In this document: piece after piece, positions 26,525 through 37,975 of the stretch
How the letters are laid out: each line of letters starts with the position of its first letter
Position numbering within the stretch: position 1 is the stretch's first letter
Assembly (NCBI GenBank): GCA_052327205.1
Contig: CM126225.1
Span: 38,068,001-38,132,000, forward strand
Direction of reading: 5' to 3'
Length of the DNA: 64,000 bases
Source of the DNA: Somniosus microcephalus
Taxonomy: Eukaryota
Notes under the pieces: generated by a model
Told to the model about the DNA's origin: nothing
Seen by the model: only the letters and a program-made list of their open reading frames with translations
The model's database searches: none
Position numbers and translations under genes: made by a program

Positions 26525-27660
26525 CAACAACAACTTTCATTTATATAGCATCTTTAAAGTAGTAAAACATCCCAAGGTGCTTCACAGGAGCGTTATCAAA
26601 CAAAATTTGACTCTGAGCCACATTGAGATATTAGGACAGATGACCAAAAGCTTACGGAGATAGGGAGGGGCGAGGCCATGGAGAGATTTGAAAACTAGGA
26701 GGAGAATTTCAAAATCGAGGTGTTGCCAGACCGGGAGCCAATGTAGGTCAATGAGCACAGGGGTGATGGGTGAACGGGACATGGTGCGAGTTAGGATACG
26801 GGGCAGTGAGCACAGGGGTGATGGGTGAACGGGACTTGGTGCGAGTTAGGATACGGGGCAGTGAGCACAGGGGTGGTGGGTGAACGGGACTTGGTGCGAG
26901 TTAGGATACGGGGCAGTGAGCACAGGGGTGGTGGGTGAACGGGACTTGGTGCGAGTTAGGATACGGGGCAGTGAGCACAGGGGTGGTGGGTGAACGGGAC
27001 TTGGTGCGAGTTAGGATACGGGGCAGTGAGCACAGGGGTGGTGGGTGAACGGGACTTGGTGCGAGTTAGGATACGGGGCAGTGAGCACAGGGGTGGTGGG
27101 TGAACGGGACTTGGTGCGAGTTAGGATATGGGGCAGTGAGCACAGGGGTGATGGGTGAACGGGACATGGTGCGAGTTAGGATACGGGGCAGTGAGCACAG
27201 GGGTGGTGGGTGAACGGGACTTGGTGCGAGTTAGGATACGGGGCAGTGAGCACAGGGGTGATGGGTGAACGGGACTTGGTGCGAGTTAGGATACGGGGCA
27301 GTGAGCACAGGGGTGGTGGGTGAACGGGACTTGGTGCGAGTTAGGATACGGGGCAGTGAGCACAGGGGTGGTGGGTGAACGGGACTTGGTGCGAGTTAGG
27401 ATACGGGGCAGTGAGCACAGGGGTGGTGGGTGAACGGGACTTGGTGCGAGTTAGGATACGGGGCAGTGAGCACAGGGGTGGTGGGTGAACGGGACTTGGT
27501 GCGAGTTAGGATACGGGGCAGTGAGCACAGGGGTGATGGGTGAACGGGACTTGGTGCGAGTTAGGACCCGGGCAGCAGAGTTTTGGATGAGCTCAATTTT
27601 ATGAAGGGTAGAACATGGGAGGCCGGCCAGGAGTGTGTTGGAATAGCCAAGTCTAGAGGT
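26525..27660 (-). mobile_element. L2 LINE 3' fragment containing an internal minisatellite
   Basis: Minus-strand ORFs give [14 protein letters not shown]...[22 protein letters not shown] and PITPVLIDLHWLPV...FEILLLVFKSLHGLAPPYL (L2 ORF2 C-terminus); tail GCTATATAAATGAAAGTTGTTG. Confidence 0.9.
26751..27574. repeat. Minisatellite, 15 copies of a 55-bp unit
   Basis: Unit GTGAGCACAGGGGTG(G/A)TGGGTGAACGGGAC(T/A)TGGTGCGAGTTAGGATACGGGGCA starting at 26751, 26806, ... 27521. Confidence 0.95.
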
Positions 27661-27775
27661 AATCGGGGACCCCAGGGGTGGGGGGGGGAAGGCGGATGGG
27701 GGGCGGGGTGATCGGGGACCTAGGGGGGGAGGCAGGGGGGAAATCAGGGACCCAGGGTGGGGGGGGGAGGGGAAA
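27661..27775 (+). repeat. G-rich degenerate triplicate, G-quadruplex-prone
   Basis: Three ATC(G/A)GGGACC(C/T)...AGGG(G/T)GG motifs with many G3-G9 runs. Confidence 0.7.
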
Positions 27776-28579
27776 CGACAAACCTGAAAGACAAAACTAA
27801 ACTTCATTGAAGTGACCAGCTGCTTTTAGTCTCCTCCGTTTGTTTTTATCAGAAGATTGTCATATCCTTCTGATCCAAACGTGCCAGGCGCTTGTAGAAA
27901 TGTACTTTTGGTGGCAAATTGCTGTCCAACTTAATAACGTATTCTAAAATGTGCATGTCAAAATGTGTTGGGGTTGTTTCTGCTTTTCCCTTTGCCTCTG
28001 TACTGTATTATCATTTTTTCCTATCAACTGAACAGTTATAGTTCATATAGCTTTCTTTGATTGCGTTTGCAGACAATGAAGTAGCATCTTCGAAAAGCCC
28101 ATGAACTAAGTTTCCCAACCGGATATAGACAGCAGTGTTGGATTTGTGGAGTTTAATGCATTTTATTTCACAACTTCAGCTTACTGTTGGTGATTGTAAT
28201 AAGTTAACAGAAATTCCAAAGGCTTATTTGCCAGCATGCCCCTCATCATGAAAGAAACCGTGTTAAAATGACGTTGAGGCTGTCCATAGAGGAGTGGTCA
28301 TATTCCTTATTTCACACTCCTGTGATTGTAAGTTGAGCCCCAGTGGAAGCTGATGTCCCTGTGTCAGGAACAGAATGCCTTAAGTTTATTTTGAATCCTG
28401 GATTTCTCTGTTGTTAACCTGAATGGAAAAAAAACCTGAGACATCCCAAAAGCGTGTGTGAAATTTATTGTTGTATATCACGTTGTATATTATATATTTC
28501 CACTATTCCCTGCTTTAACTGGAAGGGAAGGAAGGACAGTCTGTAGAAAAGGGCAGACTTTCCACACACTAGAGCAGAG

Positions 28580-28945
28580 ATGGCTAAGGGGAGATTTAAT
28601 AGAGGTTTGATAAAGTAAATAAGGAGACACTATTTCCACTGGCAGGAGGGTTGGTAACCAGAGGACACAGATTTAAGGTAATTGACAGAAGAACCAGAGG
28701 TGACATGATGAGACATTTTTTTACGCAGCGAGTTATTATGATCTGGAATGCACTGCCTGAAAGGGCGGTGGAAGCAGATTCGTTGGCAACTTTCAAAAGG
28801 GAGTTGGATAAATACTTGAAGGGGAGAAAATTGCAGGACTAATGGGAAAGAGCAGGGGAGTGGGACTAATTGGATTGCACTTTCAAAGAGCTGGCACAGA
28901 CAGGATGGGCCAAATGGCCTCCTCCTGTGCTCTACGATTCCATGT
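28580..28945 (+). mobile_element. CR1 LINE 3' fragment
   Basis: ORF 28651-28842 TRGHRFKV...RHFFTQRVIMIWNALPERAVEADSLATFKRELD; 3' UTR GATGGGCCAAATGGCCTCCTCCTGTGCT. Confidence 0.9.
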
Positions 28946-29911
28946 TTCTGTAATTCTTCAGTATTGCTGTTTGACTGCCTGGCAAGGAGAGGCTGCCTTG
29001 GGTAGACGTTCTCAGACCCTGTCAATGCTGATTCAGAGATTAGAGCAGCCTTGGCTAGATGTCCCCACAGGTTCTGTCAATGCTGGTCAGTGTCGACTAG
29101 GCGAGAGGGTCAGTCTCAGCATTGCAGACCTCTCTGAAGGTCCCATCAATGGGGTGTGTGAGCAGCTAACGGAAGAGAGACTTCAGTTGCATGGAAATGC
29201 TGGTTTGCTCTGCTGCTGGCACTTGCTCAATGGTGGCAGCCAAGTTTGTGCAGCCAGCAACAAAGGTTCAGGCTCACACCTTCCGCACCAGACTTATGAG
29301 GTTGCACTAAGTGGGTGGGCTGTTTATCTTTTAAAAAGTCTTCTTTGAGCAAGGGGATGTATAGTGTTTTTTTGCAATCGAAAAATCCTGATCAGATTTT
29401 GACTAAATTGTATAATTTGTTTCCCATCATCAGACACTATTGCTTTTGGAAACAAAAGTGACCATTATGTGTTCTATATGCCTAGAAATACTGATACCAC
29501 TGCTTAAAGTTCTTCCCAGCAATATGTGGAGGTGGTGGGTGGGTAGGAGGAGGGGGGTAGTAGAAATTCATATCAAACTCTTATTTTTAAGAAGCCTCTT
29601 TCAATTTTTGCACATTTTAATTTGTACAAGCTAGGTCTGGTGTGTTTTTAAATCAAATGTTTCAGGACAAGAGGAATAATTATTTTAAAGACTGTAATGC
29701 AGCTCGACAAACCCCCCCCCCTCACAGACACACACACACATACACTCTTATCCTTCTTCCCGCCCCTCCACCATTCCTCCTCCTCATTTTCTGGGGAGGG
29801 CCCAGATGATTCTGCCTGCCTTTTCTACTGTAAGATTCAATTTTAAAGCTGTGGTTATTTACTGTTTCTCAACAAGTTTTCCTCTGCTCTTACAATTATG
29901 TTCTTTTCCAG

Positions 29912-30290
29912 TGTAAGCACACCCAGTCTGGCCCAGATTTAGAGGAGAAGAACGCCTACTCAAGGAGTCTCTGAGGACGTGAAGAGCATTTATCCCACAA
30001 GAGTTCAGCTGCAATGTGCGTTAGGATAGTACTTGGATAGATTCATACGGAACCAATGGTTGACCGTCAGGCTTGCCACCCATAAGGAATACAGACTGCC
30101 TTTTTAATTTTTCTATTGAACTGGTTTTATATAATTTTTTTTTGTATGAACCCTGCTTGTTTCTGAAATCAATTCTACACGCAAGGCTGTAATTGCCTTG
30201 GGTTTCTCTTGACGTTTCTCCTATTCGATATGCACTGATCAGCTTCGTGGTGCACATGTGAAGACCATCCTGCACACGTCTTGCTCCACC
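29912..30290 (+). other. RARA: Probable 5' UTR portion of the RARA alpha-1 coding exon
   Basis: Polypyrimidine acceptor TTCTTTTCCAG ending at 29911 gives a 554-nt exon with a 379-nt leader. Mammalian RARA exon 2 likewise has a long untranslated part. The acceptor is inferred, not demonstrated. Confidence 0.65.
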
Positions 30291-30465
30291 ATGTCAACCA
30301 ACAGCAGTTCGTGCACACCGCCTGGTAATGGACATGTAAATGGTTATCCAGTGCCCCATTACCCATTCTTCTTCCCACCGGTCCTCGGGGGCCTTTCACC
30401 ACCATCCATAAACGGATTGCAGCACCAGCTTCCAGTCAGTGGCTACAGTACCCCCTCACCTGCCA
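30291..30465 (+). CDS. RARA: Retinoic acid receptor alpha, isoform alpha-1 first coding exon (A region, 58 codons + 1 nt, phase 1)
   Basis: CCACC-ATG at 30291 translates [58 protein letters not shown]. This closely matches human RARalpha1 ([59 protein letters not shown]) and matches RARbeta1 less well. It ends at GCC A|GTAAGT, a perfect donor at the conserved A/B-region junction. Confidence 0.95.
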
Positions 30466-32139
30466 GTAAGTAACACGCCATCATTCATGTTTCAGATCTG
30501 TGTTTTTAACGGTATATAGTTTGCGTGTGTTTAAAAAGTACGCTTGAAGTTTGCCTTGTCTGGAATACAACTGCGGAGGTTTTGACTTGACATAATGCAT
30601 CTGTTGCAGCACACATGGCTGTACTCCCCATCCTTAGTGAATCACCAATTTGTTAGCTTTCAATTTATTTTATATTTGAAACAGTTTAGCAATGTATTTG
30701 GTTTGGGGATGCAAAATTAGGGACAGTAGGTGAAACTAACGAGGACAGTACAGGCTTCTGAAACTCTCGGGCAGGCTGGTGAACTGATTCCAAATGAAGT
30801 GTAATTGAATCTGCTGTTACGTTCTTATGCTGTCAGTGCTGCTAGTTACCAACACACAGGTCTTGTGCATCCAACGCTAACTTGCTGAATACACTAAAGC
30901 TGGCAGACAGGAACTTCATTTTGGGATTTTTGCTGGCTGTGCGACCCACACATTGGGAACGACTCGCCTTAACACAATACAAAATCAATGTGAAAGCAAC
31001 TTTTTGTATTGTCCCGTGTCTGAGTGTGTTTACCTTTAGTCGTTCAGTAATCAGGATTATCAGTTTTGCTTACCCTTATTCCTAAACACAGACTAGCACA
31101 TTTCAGTATTTTAACCAGATTTAACACTGATAAAACTGGACTCAAGGACAGTGAAATCTTCAATGGAGGACTTTTCTAAATATTAATGAAGTTCTACATT
31201 TCTACTGCTGCAGATGTTTGACCCGAGTAGTTTAGGGGTTAAAGCCTGTAGCCAAGATCCACTAACAGACAAGAATTGTTTCTAATGAGCCCTGTTTGGT
31301 GTTCATTTCAATGGGAAATGGAGTGTGTTCTGTTTGTTTGTTTATCTTTTAAGATATTTCATCAGCCCTGTAGGTAGCACAGTGAGACTGCACTTCTCGT
31401 TTGCATTGGGGCCCTGGGAGAAGCAGGGGGCTTCCTTCAGTTGCATTTATATTACAGAAGCTGTTCTATAATAACCTAGGCTGGCTATGTTGTTGAATTA
31501 GGTTCCCTGATCACTGATGAAGGTCTGTACACAATAGTGAAGATAAAACTGCACTGGTGCCTGTTAGGGATGGGCTTTACGCTCAGCCTCCGCATGCCCA
31601 GAAAGCTCCAAATGGCAGTGTTTACACTGCTGCCCTAGATGCAACAGGGAAAAGCATCTCTTCCATGTGGGTCTTAGCAACTCTGGAAGCAATAAAGCCA
31701 TCTTGTTTACCGTACAATGCTGCTGTCAAAGACAAGACTGCCAACACTGGCAGCACTAAGTGTAATCATTAGAGGAATATTGGACAGGACAAGGGAGTTA
31801 ACCCCTGCTGTTTGAAATTAATACCCTGAGATCTCTCTTGTCAACTAGGACAAAGAGGCAGAACTCCTATTTAATCCTTATTATCCAGATACTGTCAGAT
31901 TAGCACTAGTTTAGAATTTTGTGAGGCTGTTTGAGACTGCTGCTTTTATTACTGATTTTTTTATTGAACAGCAGCTATCGCACTCGCTAAAGATTGCATA
32001 GTATTGTTTAAACTAAAATGATAAGATTTGGATGCAAATAGAAATGTAAATAACATTGTGCGGAGTGTAGCTTGTTTCAAACTGTAAATTTTTGCTGGTG
32101 AAAGGGTATTGAAGCACTTACCACTGAACTGTGCTGCCT

Positions 32140-32342
32140 GGAAGAGTAGTGGAAATCTGCAACTCTCTCTCCAAATAGCTAGGTCAATTGAAAATTTCAA
32201 AACTTGAGATTGATAGGTTTTTGTTAGGTAAGGGATGTGGAGCCAAGGCGGGTAAATGGAGTTCAGTTAGATCAAGACTGATCTGTATCTTAATGGCGGA
32301 ATAGGCTCAAGGGGCTGAATGGCCTACTCCTGTTCCTATGTA
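32140..32342 (+). mobile_element. CR1 LINE 3' end
   Basis: TTCAAAACTTGAGATTGATAGG...AATGGCGGAATAGGCTCAAGGGGCTGAATGGCCTACTCCTGTTCCTATG. Confidence 0.8.
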
Positions 32343-32716
32343 ATAGATGTTTTGAAGTTCCCATGGAGGGCAATGAATGCACAGGTGCAGTGCTGTGGGT
32401 GATATGGACAGCATGCAGAAAGCGTATTGGGAAGGGGAGACCCTATCGCTGCTGTTTTATATTAGCTCTTTCTCCATGTGCATAAATCCATACATCAATG
32501 AACACCTCAGCCCTGTAGTTAATTCAGTACGGTTTCAAATCTGCAGGGATAGAAATGTACATTTTCAGTGTCAGCAGACCAGATATCCTCCTTCCACCTA
32601 CCCCTAGCTGTCTCCTAGCGAGGCCCATTTTATTTTTAAAATTTCATATTGCAGTAATTTAAAGGGCTTGTCCACTGCTCCCTATGTTCACCTTTCCAAT
32701 TGAGCAAACAGTGTTG

Positions 32717-33632
32717 AAACATAGCAACATAGAAGATAGGAGCAGGAGTAGGCCATTCGGCCCCTCAAGCCTGTTCCGCCATTTAATGAGATCGTGGCTG
32801 ATCATCCAAATCACCCTGTGATCACCCTGTCCCTGCTTTCTCCCCATATCCCTTGATCCCTTTAGTCTTAAGAGATATATCTAACTCCCTTCTTGAATAT
32901 ATTAAATGAATTGGCCTCAATTGCCTTCTGGGTGAAGAAATTCCTCCTCATCTCTGTTCTAAATGGCTTACCCCTTATCCTTAGCCTGTGACCCGCCATC
33001 GGGAACATCCTTCCTGCATCTAGTCTGTCTAGTCCTGTTAGAATTTTATAAGTTTCAATGAGATCCCCTCTCATTCTTCTAAACTCTAGTGAATATAAGC
33101 CTAATCGACCCAATCTCTCTCCATACGTCATTCCTGCCATCCCAGGTATCAGTCTGGTGAATCTTCGCTGCACTCCCTCCATGGCAAGAACATCCTTCCT
33201 CAGATAAGGTGACCAAAACTGCACACAATACTCAAGTTGTGGTCTCACCAAGGCCCTGTACAACTGCAGCAAGACATCCTTGCTCCTGCACTCGATTCCT
33301 CTCGCTATGAAGGCCAACATACCATTTGCCTTCTTTAACCGCCTGCTGCACCTGCATGCTTACCTTCAGCGACTGGTGCACAAGGACACCCAGGTCTCGT
33401 TGCACTTCCCCTTTTCCCAATCTATTGCCGTTCAGATAATAATCTGCCTTCCTGTTTTTGCCACCAAAGTGGATAACCTCGCATTTATCCACATTGGGCA
33501 GATGCAGTATAATCACCCAACCTGTCCAAATCATACTGGAGTTTCTCGGCATCCTCCTCACAGCACACACGCCCACCCAGCTTTGTGTCATCTGCAAACT
33601 TGGGGATATTACATCTAGTTCCCTTGTCTAGA
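32717..33632 (-). mobile_element. CR1 LINE 3' fragment (RT C-terminus, frameshifted)
   Basis: ORFs 33232-33597 (NVDKCEVIHFGGKN...QRDLGVLVHQSLKVSMQVQQAVK) and 32868-33320 (LYRALVRPQLEYCVQFWSPYLRKD...RGDLIETYKIL). Confidence 0.95.
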
Positions 33633-33807
33633 TCGTGAAGTAACGTCCTTTTGTAGACCTCTTCTTCCTGCTACCATTAAAGAAATGAATGTAAAAAATA
33701 AAGCTATCTGGGACACATCAGCAAGTAAGCACTACTCCATGGAGGACCCTGATTTTTCGCTCCTTCGCCCTCCCTTTTCCTGATTGTGACAACTCATATT
33801 GGGGTAC

Positions 33808-33842
33808 AGTTCTGACGAAGGGTTCGACCCGAAACGTTGACT
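33808..33842 (+). ncRNA. Minimal type I hammerhead ribozyme motif (Penelope-type); activity untested
   Basis: AGUU-CUGACGA-A-GGGU(UCG)ACCC-GAAA-CG-UU-GACU: intact core, stem II, palindromic ACGU in place of stem III, 4-bp stem I. Confidence 0.7.
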
Positions 33843-33891
33843 CTGTTTCTCTCCGATGCTGCCTGATCCACTGAGCATTATTTTGTTATTG
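33813..33891 (+). mobile_element. Tiny Penelope-derived insertion starting at a hammerhead motif, 16-bp TSD, inside a family-B SINE
   Basis: TATTGGGGTACAGTTC at 33797-33812 and 33892-33907; body homologous to the pseudo-LTR copies at 53987-54175 and 60407-60945. Confidence 0.8.
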
Positions 33892-33907
33892 TATTGGGGT
33901 ACAGTTC

Positions 33908-34212
33908 CATGAGTAATTAAACCTCCCCACAGCTCATCCACATTAACGGTCTTCTGGTACGAAACTTAATAACGAACAACAGAAGAATATTCAATCGTGG
34001 GGAGCATTGCAGCCAAACTTGATCCTGTTCCTGCTTGTTATCCACTATCGATAATGATCAGAAGAGGAAACCCAATTAATTGTTTCCCACTCTTCTATAG
34101 TCCAGAGAAGCTGAACCCAACTGTGCCCAGGTTAGGGATCAAGCCTGAACGCTCCAGGTCTGCGTGGCTCAGTATTGAATCTCGCAGTGTGTTTACCTGC
34201 TGAGCCATCAGT
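33908..34212 (-). mobile_element. SINE family B (continues left to about 33750)
   Basis: GGGGAGCATTGCAGCCAAACTTGATCCTG...GGGATCAAGCCTG...GGTCTGCGTGGCTCAGT...CTGCTGAGCCATC. Confidence 0.65.
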
Positions 34213-35737
34213 AGATTGCAACCATCTCCAAAATTGAAAGTTAACATCTTCGCTGAAGTGGTGGCCACCTACTGGTGCTGCATGTTTTGCCCCCTGCGTT
34301 CAGTGAATGAAGAACATGTGCGACAGCGACAGTTCAGCAAAGCATTCAAAAAATGCTCGTGGATTAAAGGATTACAAACAATCTGGGCATAATTGCACAG
34401 TGAGCCAGAACCTTGTACCACATTGAGAGAGGCGGAGCATATCTTTTAATAACACGGGAATTTAGAGCAAAGGCCTCATCTAATCTGATATAAAAGCAAG
34501 TTGTCGGCGTTGATCTGAACAATTTGAAGGAGCTCATCCTGAATCCAATTTTTTTTTTTTGATATAAACCTCGTACTTTTTTCCCTGCCTGTCTTTTAGA
34601 TTTACAACATCACATCTTAAATAAAAGAAGTTGTCTCCCAGAACATCAATGTTCAGTTTGCTGTTGTGCTGCATTGTAATATGACAAGCAGCTCACTGTA
34701 AAATGAGACACCTCCAGGGTCCCACTTGTCCTCCTCAATGCTGATGAAAATTAAAGGTACCATTAAGAGTTACAGAATGCCTGTCGGCTCAGGTTGCAGA
34801 GCTAACACAATTACATTAATGTCTCTCCCGGTGCTACAGTGATTCCTTAAAGGTCAAGGGACAAGGTTTCCCTCTTTTTCTGGTGACGTGTCCTTCATAG
34901 TTCCCTGTAGACTGTGTTCAAGAGCTTTATTGTTTTGCCATCTTGGAATGTGCACTGATGATTATTTTTAGTGGTGCTAATTTTAGATTTCTGTCAAGTC
35001 TTTACACTGGTAGATTTGCTTAAAAAAAATTAAACCAGCAGTTTTGACACTAATAATCTTTCAGTCACCTCGTGCCTGTCACTGGTGCAGATTTTACAAA
35101 TCGCTGATCTCTGCATCAGGAGGGCAGCGTCCTAAAATGTACCTTTGTGTGTCTTGTCTGTTTAAGGATTCACACTGCTGTGTCTGTTGTGCTGAGTGTG
35201 AGGTGGACTCCTTCCCCCCCCCTGCGGGTACAGGACATTCCTCCTCCTCCTCTGGGCCTCCTCCACCAGGACCTCCAGTGCTGCGTCCGAGAACCTGTGC
35301 GCCATTTCCCTCGGACCCTGAGCCATCCTGAAACATGCCGCTGTGTGTCAGCCAGCGCATTTCACACCATCAGTGGAAGTGGGTGCGTGGGTCCACAGAC
35401 ACTGCTCTGCGAAAATTGCTTCTAATCGGCGCTTGAGTGCTAAACCTGCAGGTGTCTGTTCTAACGCCTCCAGGCAAGTTCAAATTATGGTAATCAGCAA
35501 TTAGGACCAAAATTGTGTGCCTAAAACCAGACTTTCAACCAGGCATGTCTTATTGGCACAGCACCCATTTAACGCTTGTTTTCACCCTGCCATCAAAATA
35601 ACCCCCACTGTCTTTTGGTTACTCATTGATCCCAGAACTGATCCATGGGGATGAACTATGTCCTTATATAAGTGGAGAAATCTACAAAATACAGAAATAA
35701 AATCTATTACTTAATAGTTAGACATCTCACTGAGATA

Positions 35738-36065
35738 CAGGAAACTTTCTGGTATCCGGCACTGACGGGACCGAGCTGGTGCCGTACCATCAAAACTGCC
35801 GTACAAACCAGCGCTAATGTTAAAACATACGGAGCTTTTGAGCTCCGTATGAATCAACAAACCCTGTTGCAACAGCTTCAAAACGGTCGTCCGCAGCTTA
35901 AAAGCGTCTCTGTAGCTAAGCAACAGCTTCAGCTAGACCTTGCAGAGCCTGACTGGAAAAAAAAGCAACGAAAACTAAAAAAAACTTATAGGAAGCGGCT
36001 CCTGAATTTTGCCGGTAGATAGAGCTTTCCGGACATTTAACCTCCAGTTAAATGAAAGTTTCCTG
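35738..36065. mobile_element. Tigger/pogo-like MITE copy 2 (TA TSD)
   Basis: TA|CAGGAAACTTTCTGGTATCCGG ... AAAGTTTCCTG|TA. Confidence 0.85.
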
Positions 36066-36084
36066 TATTCCAAGTTTTCCTACC

Positions 36085-36191
36085 TTCACCACACGGACTG
36101 CGGCGGCTCAGCACCACCTTCTCGAGGGCAATTAGGGATGGGCAATAAATGCTGGCCTTGCCAGCGACGCCCACATCCCATAAAAACAAAA
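36085..36191 (+). mobile_element. Short 3' end of a shark non-LTR retroelement
   Basis: CACCACCTTCTCGAGGGCAATTAGGGATGGGCAATAAATGCTGGCCTTGCCAGCGACGCCCACATCCC followed by an A-rich tail. Confidence 0.65.
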
Positions 36192-36257
36192 GCCTCTAAT
36201 AGAACTGAAGAAATACTTGTTTACAAGTCAAAGTAGTTTGCTTAGAGCAGAAACCTG

Positions 36258-36469
36258 AGGGGTAATATTACATATTTGCATTCCTGGCACAGAGCTGCGC
36301 CCAGCAGGAGCATATCAGGAACTCGGGGCCCCACTCCACTCCCGTGATCTTACCTCTATTAAAATTATGGCCGGATATCTTAGGTGGAGCACACCCGAAT
36401 TCCTGATGTACGCTCCTGCTAGCTCAACATAGCTCTGTGCCAGGATCACAAATTCATAAAATTACTCCT
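36258..36469. mobile_element. Fold-back MITE
   Basis: AGGGGTAAT...TCCTGGCACAGAGCT...ATCAGGAA / TTCCTGAT...AGCTCTGTGCCAGGA...ATTACTCCT. Confidence 0.75.
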
Positions 36470-37574
36470 ATGATTCCATTTTTTTGAAAAAAGCAATAGG
36501 GGGTAGGGAACAATTTTGCAACTGATTTCAGGAAAATGTAATAGCTTGCATATGAAATGTTCATACTACTTGGACTTTGAAGAACGTCTACCAGTGCAGT
36601 TATTCTGTCCTTCCAAATTTGGGTTATGTCTGGACACAGCATTTTTGGCTAAAGCAGTTTTATGTTGACAAGGCGTGCCATTGACAGATGTGTGGGTTCC
36701 CTGCCGCTGACTGTGCTAGATCTCTAGCCTCAAGATGAGCCACCATAAGCCTTCACTTATTTTCAGATAAGAGGTCCTTGATTAGGAATGGAATCGAGAA
36801 CAAAGATCGAGTAGGGGAGAGCAGGCATATGGAGGCTGTGAGTGTCCATTTGAGCATCGCTCTTGTGTCTGCCATGCCTAATTAAACGTAAAGTTCTCCC
36901 TGTAACACACGGGTGAATTACTGGCAGTTACAGGTCTGACTGGTAGTGATTGCAGCAACTTGAAAAGAAAAGAAAGACTTGTATTTATATAGCGCCTTTC
37001 ACGACCTCCAGACTTCCCAAAGCGCTTTACAGGCAATGATGTAAGTTTGTAGTGTCGTCACTGTTGTTATGTAGGTGCATGAGACATAAAGCATATTGGT
37101 TTGGATGCAAGTTTTCTAAACCTTATTGCAGGGTACCAATTTGGTAATTATGCCTAATAATCAGTCAGGGGAACATATAGAATAAACTGTTATCGGGATT
37201 TTTCTAAAGTGGAACCTTTATATAAAAAGACCACAGTTAGCTGGTTGAGGGCTTGTTTGCGGTTTTGTACAGTAATGTAATCTTGTCACTGAGTGAGCTC
37301 CAGCTTATTTTAAATATCCGTTTTCAACTATCGTGCCGACTCGTTGCTGAGGTGACGGCTAAAGAGCTGAAACACATTTTCACTGTTTGTTATGTTATCA
37401 CAATACTGTCAGTTGTCTGCAGGAGAATGAGATCTGATGATTAAATCAGAATGTACACAACACTGTACTATGCCAATACTTAGAAATGGTTATTTGAGCA
37501 GTAATTAATTCAGTTTTAAGCCTTAGTGCAAACTTTTTTGATAAGTAGATAAGTAGATTTCCCCTGATAGCGTA

Positions 37575-37975
37575 GCCATTCATTCAATGAGCTGCTGAGC
37601 CACACAGAGCAGGAAGGCCCCGGGTTTGAGCCTCGGTCTGTGTTGAGATAGCTGATTAGCCAGAGCTGTGGTAGGGCATGACAATTGTGTTCAGCACCCC
37701 AGGTTACAATGGGAAGAATTGGGCAGGGTTCCTGCTCCTGATTGCTATCCAGTAATTCCTTTGTGATGTGCACGTGTGTATGGACATCAGGTGAGGACAG
37801 GAGAGAGGTCAGCTGTGATGCCTTCCTCCCTCTCCACAACAGCCTGCCTCACTGATTGCCGAGGGTCACGCGGGAATTACGGTCACTTGGTATCAAATGT
37901 GCCCAGGATCTGTGGCATCGTACTCCAGCAAGGAATGAGCTGCTTCAAAAGAGGAGGGCTGCAAGGGAAGGAGGG
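37575..37975 (+). mobile_element. Near full-length SINE family B
   Basis: CTGAGCCACACAGAGCAGGAAGGCCCCGGGTTTGAGCC (B-box-like) followed by all the family motifs through to the purine-rich end. Confidence 0.7.

Noticed and set aside
26751-27574. CRISPR-like regular array
   Set aside because: Units are contiguous with no unique spacers, the unit is L2 ORF2 sequence, and the context is eukaryotic
28842-29348. Longest ORF in the track (168 aa)
   Set aside because: It begins in a CR1 3' UTR, has no recognisable domain and has no splice support
30258-30473. ORF-track 71-aa protein starting MKTILH
   Set aside because: The upstream start is a GTG. The real start is the Kozak ATG at 30291 and the frame is spliced at 30465, so the terminal SK* is intronic.
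34262-34277. CTCF-like motif (minus strand CACCAGTAGGGTGCCA)
   Set aside because: Mismatch at a core G, and no independent support from sequence alone
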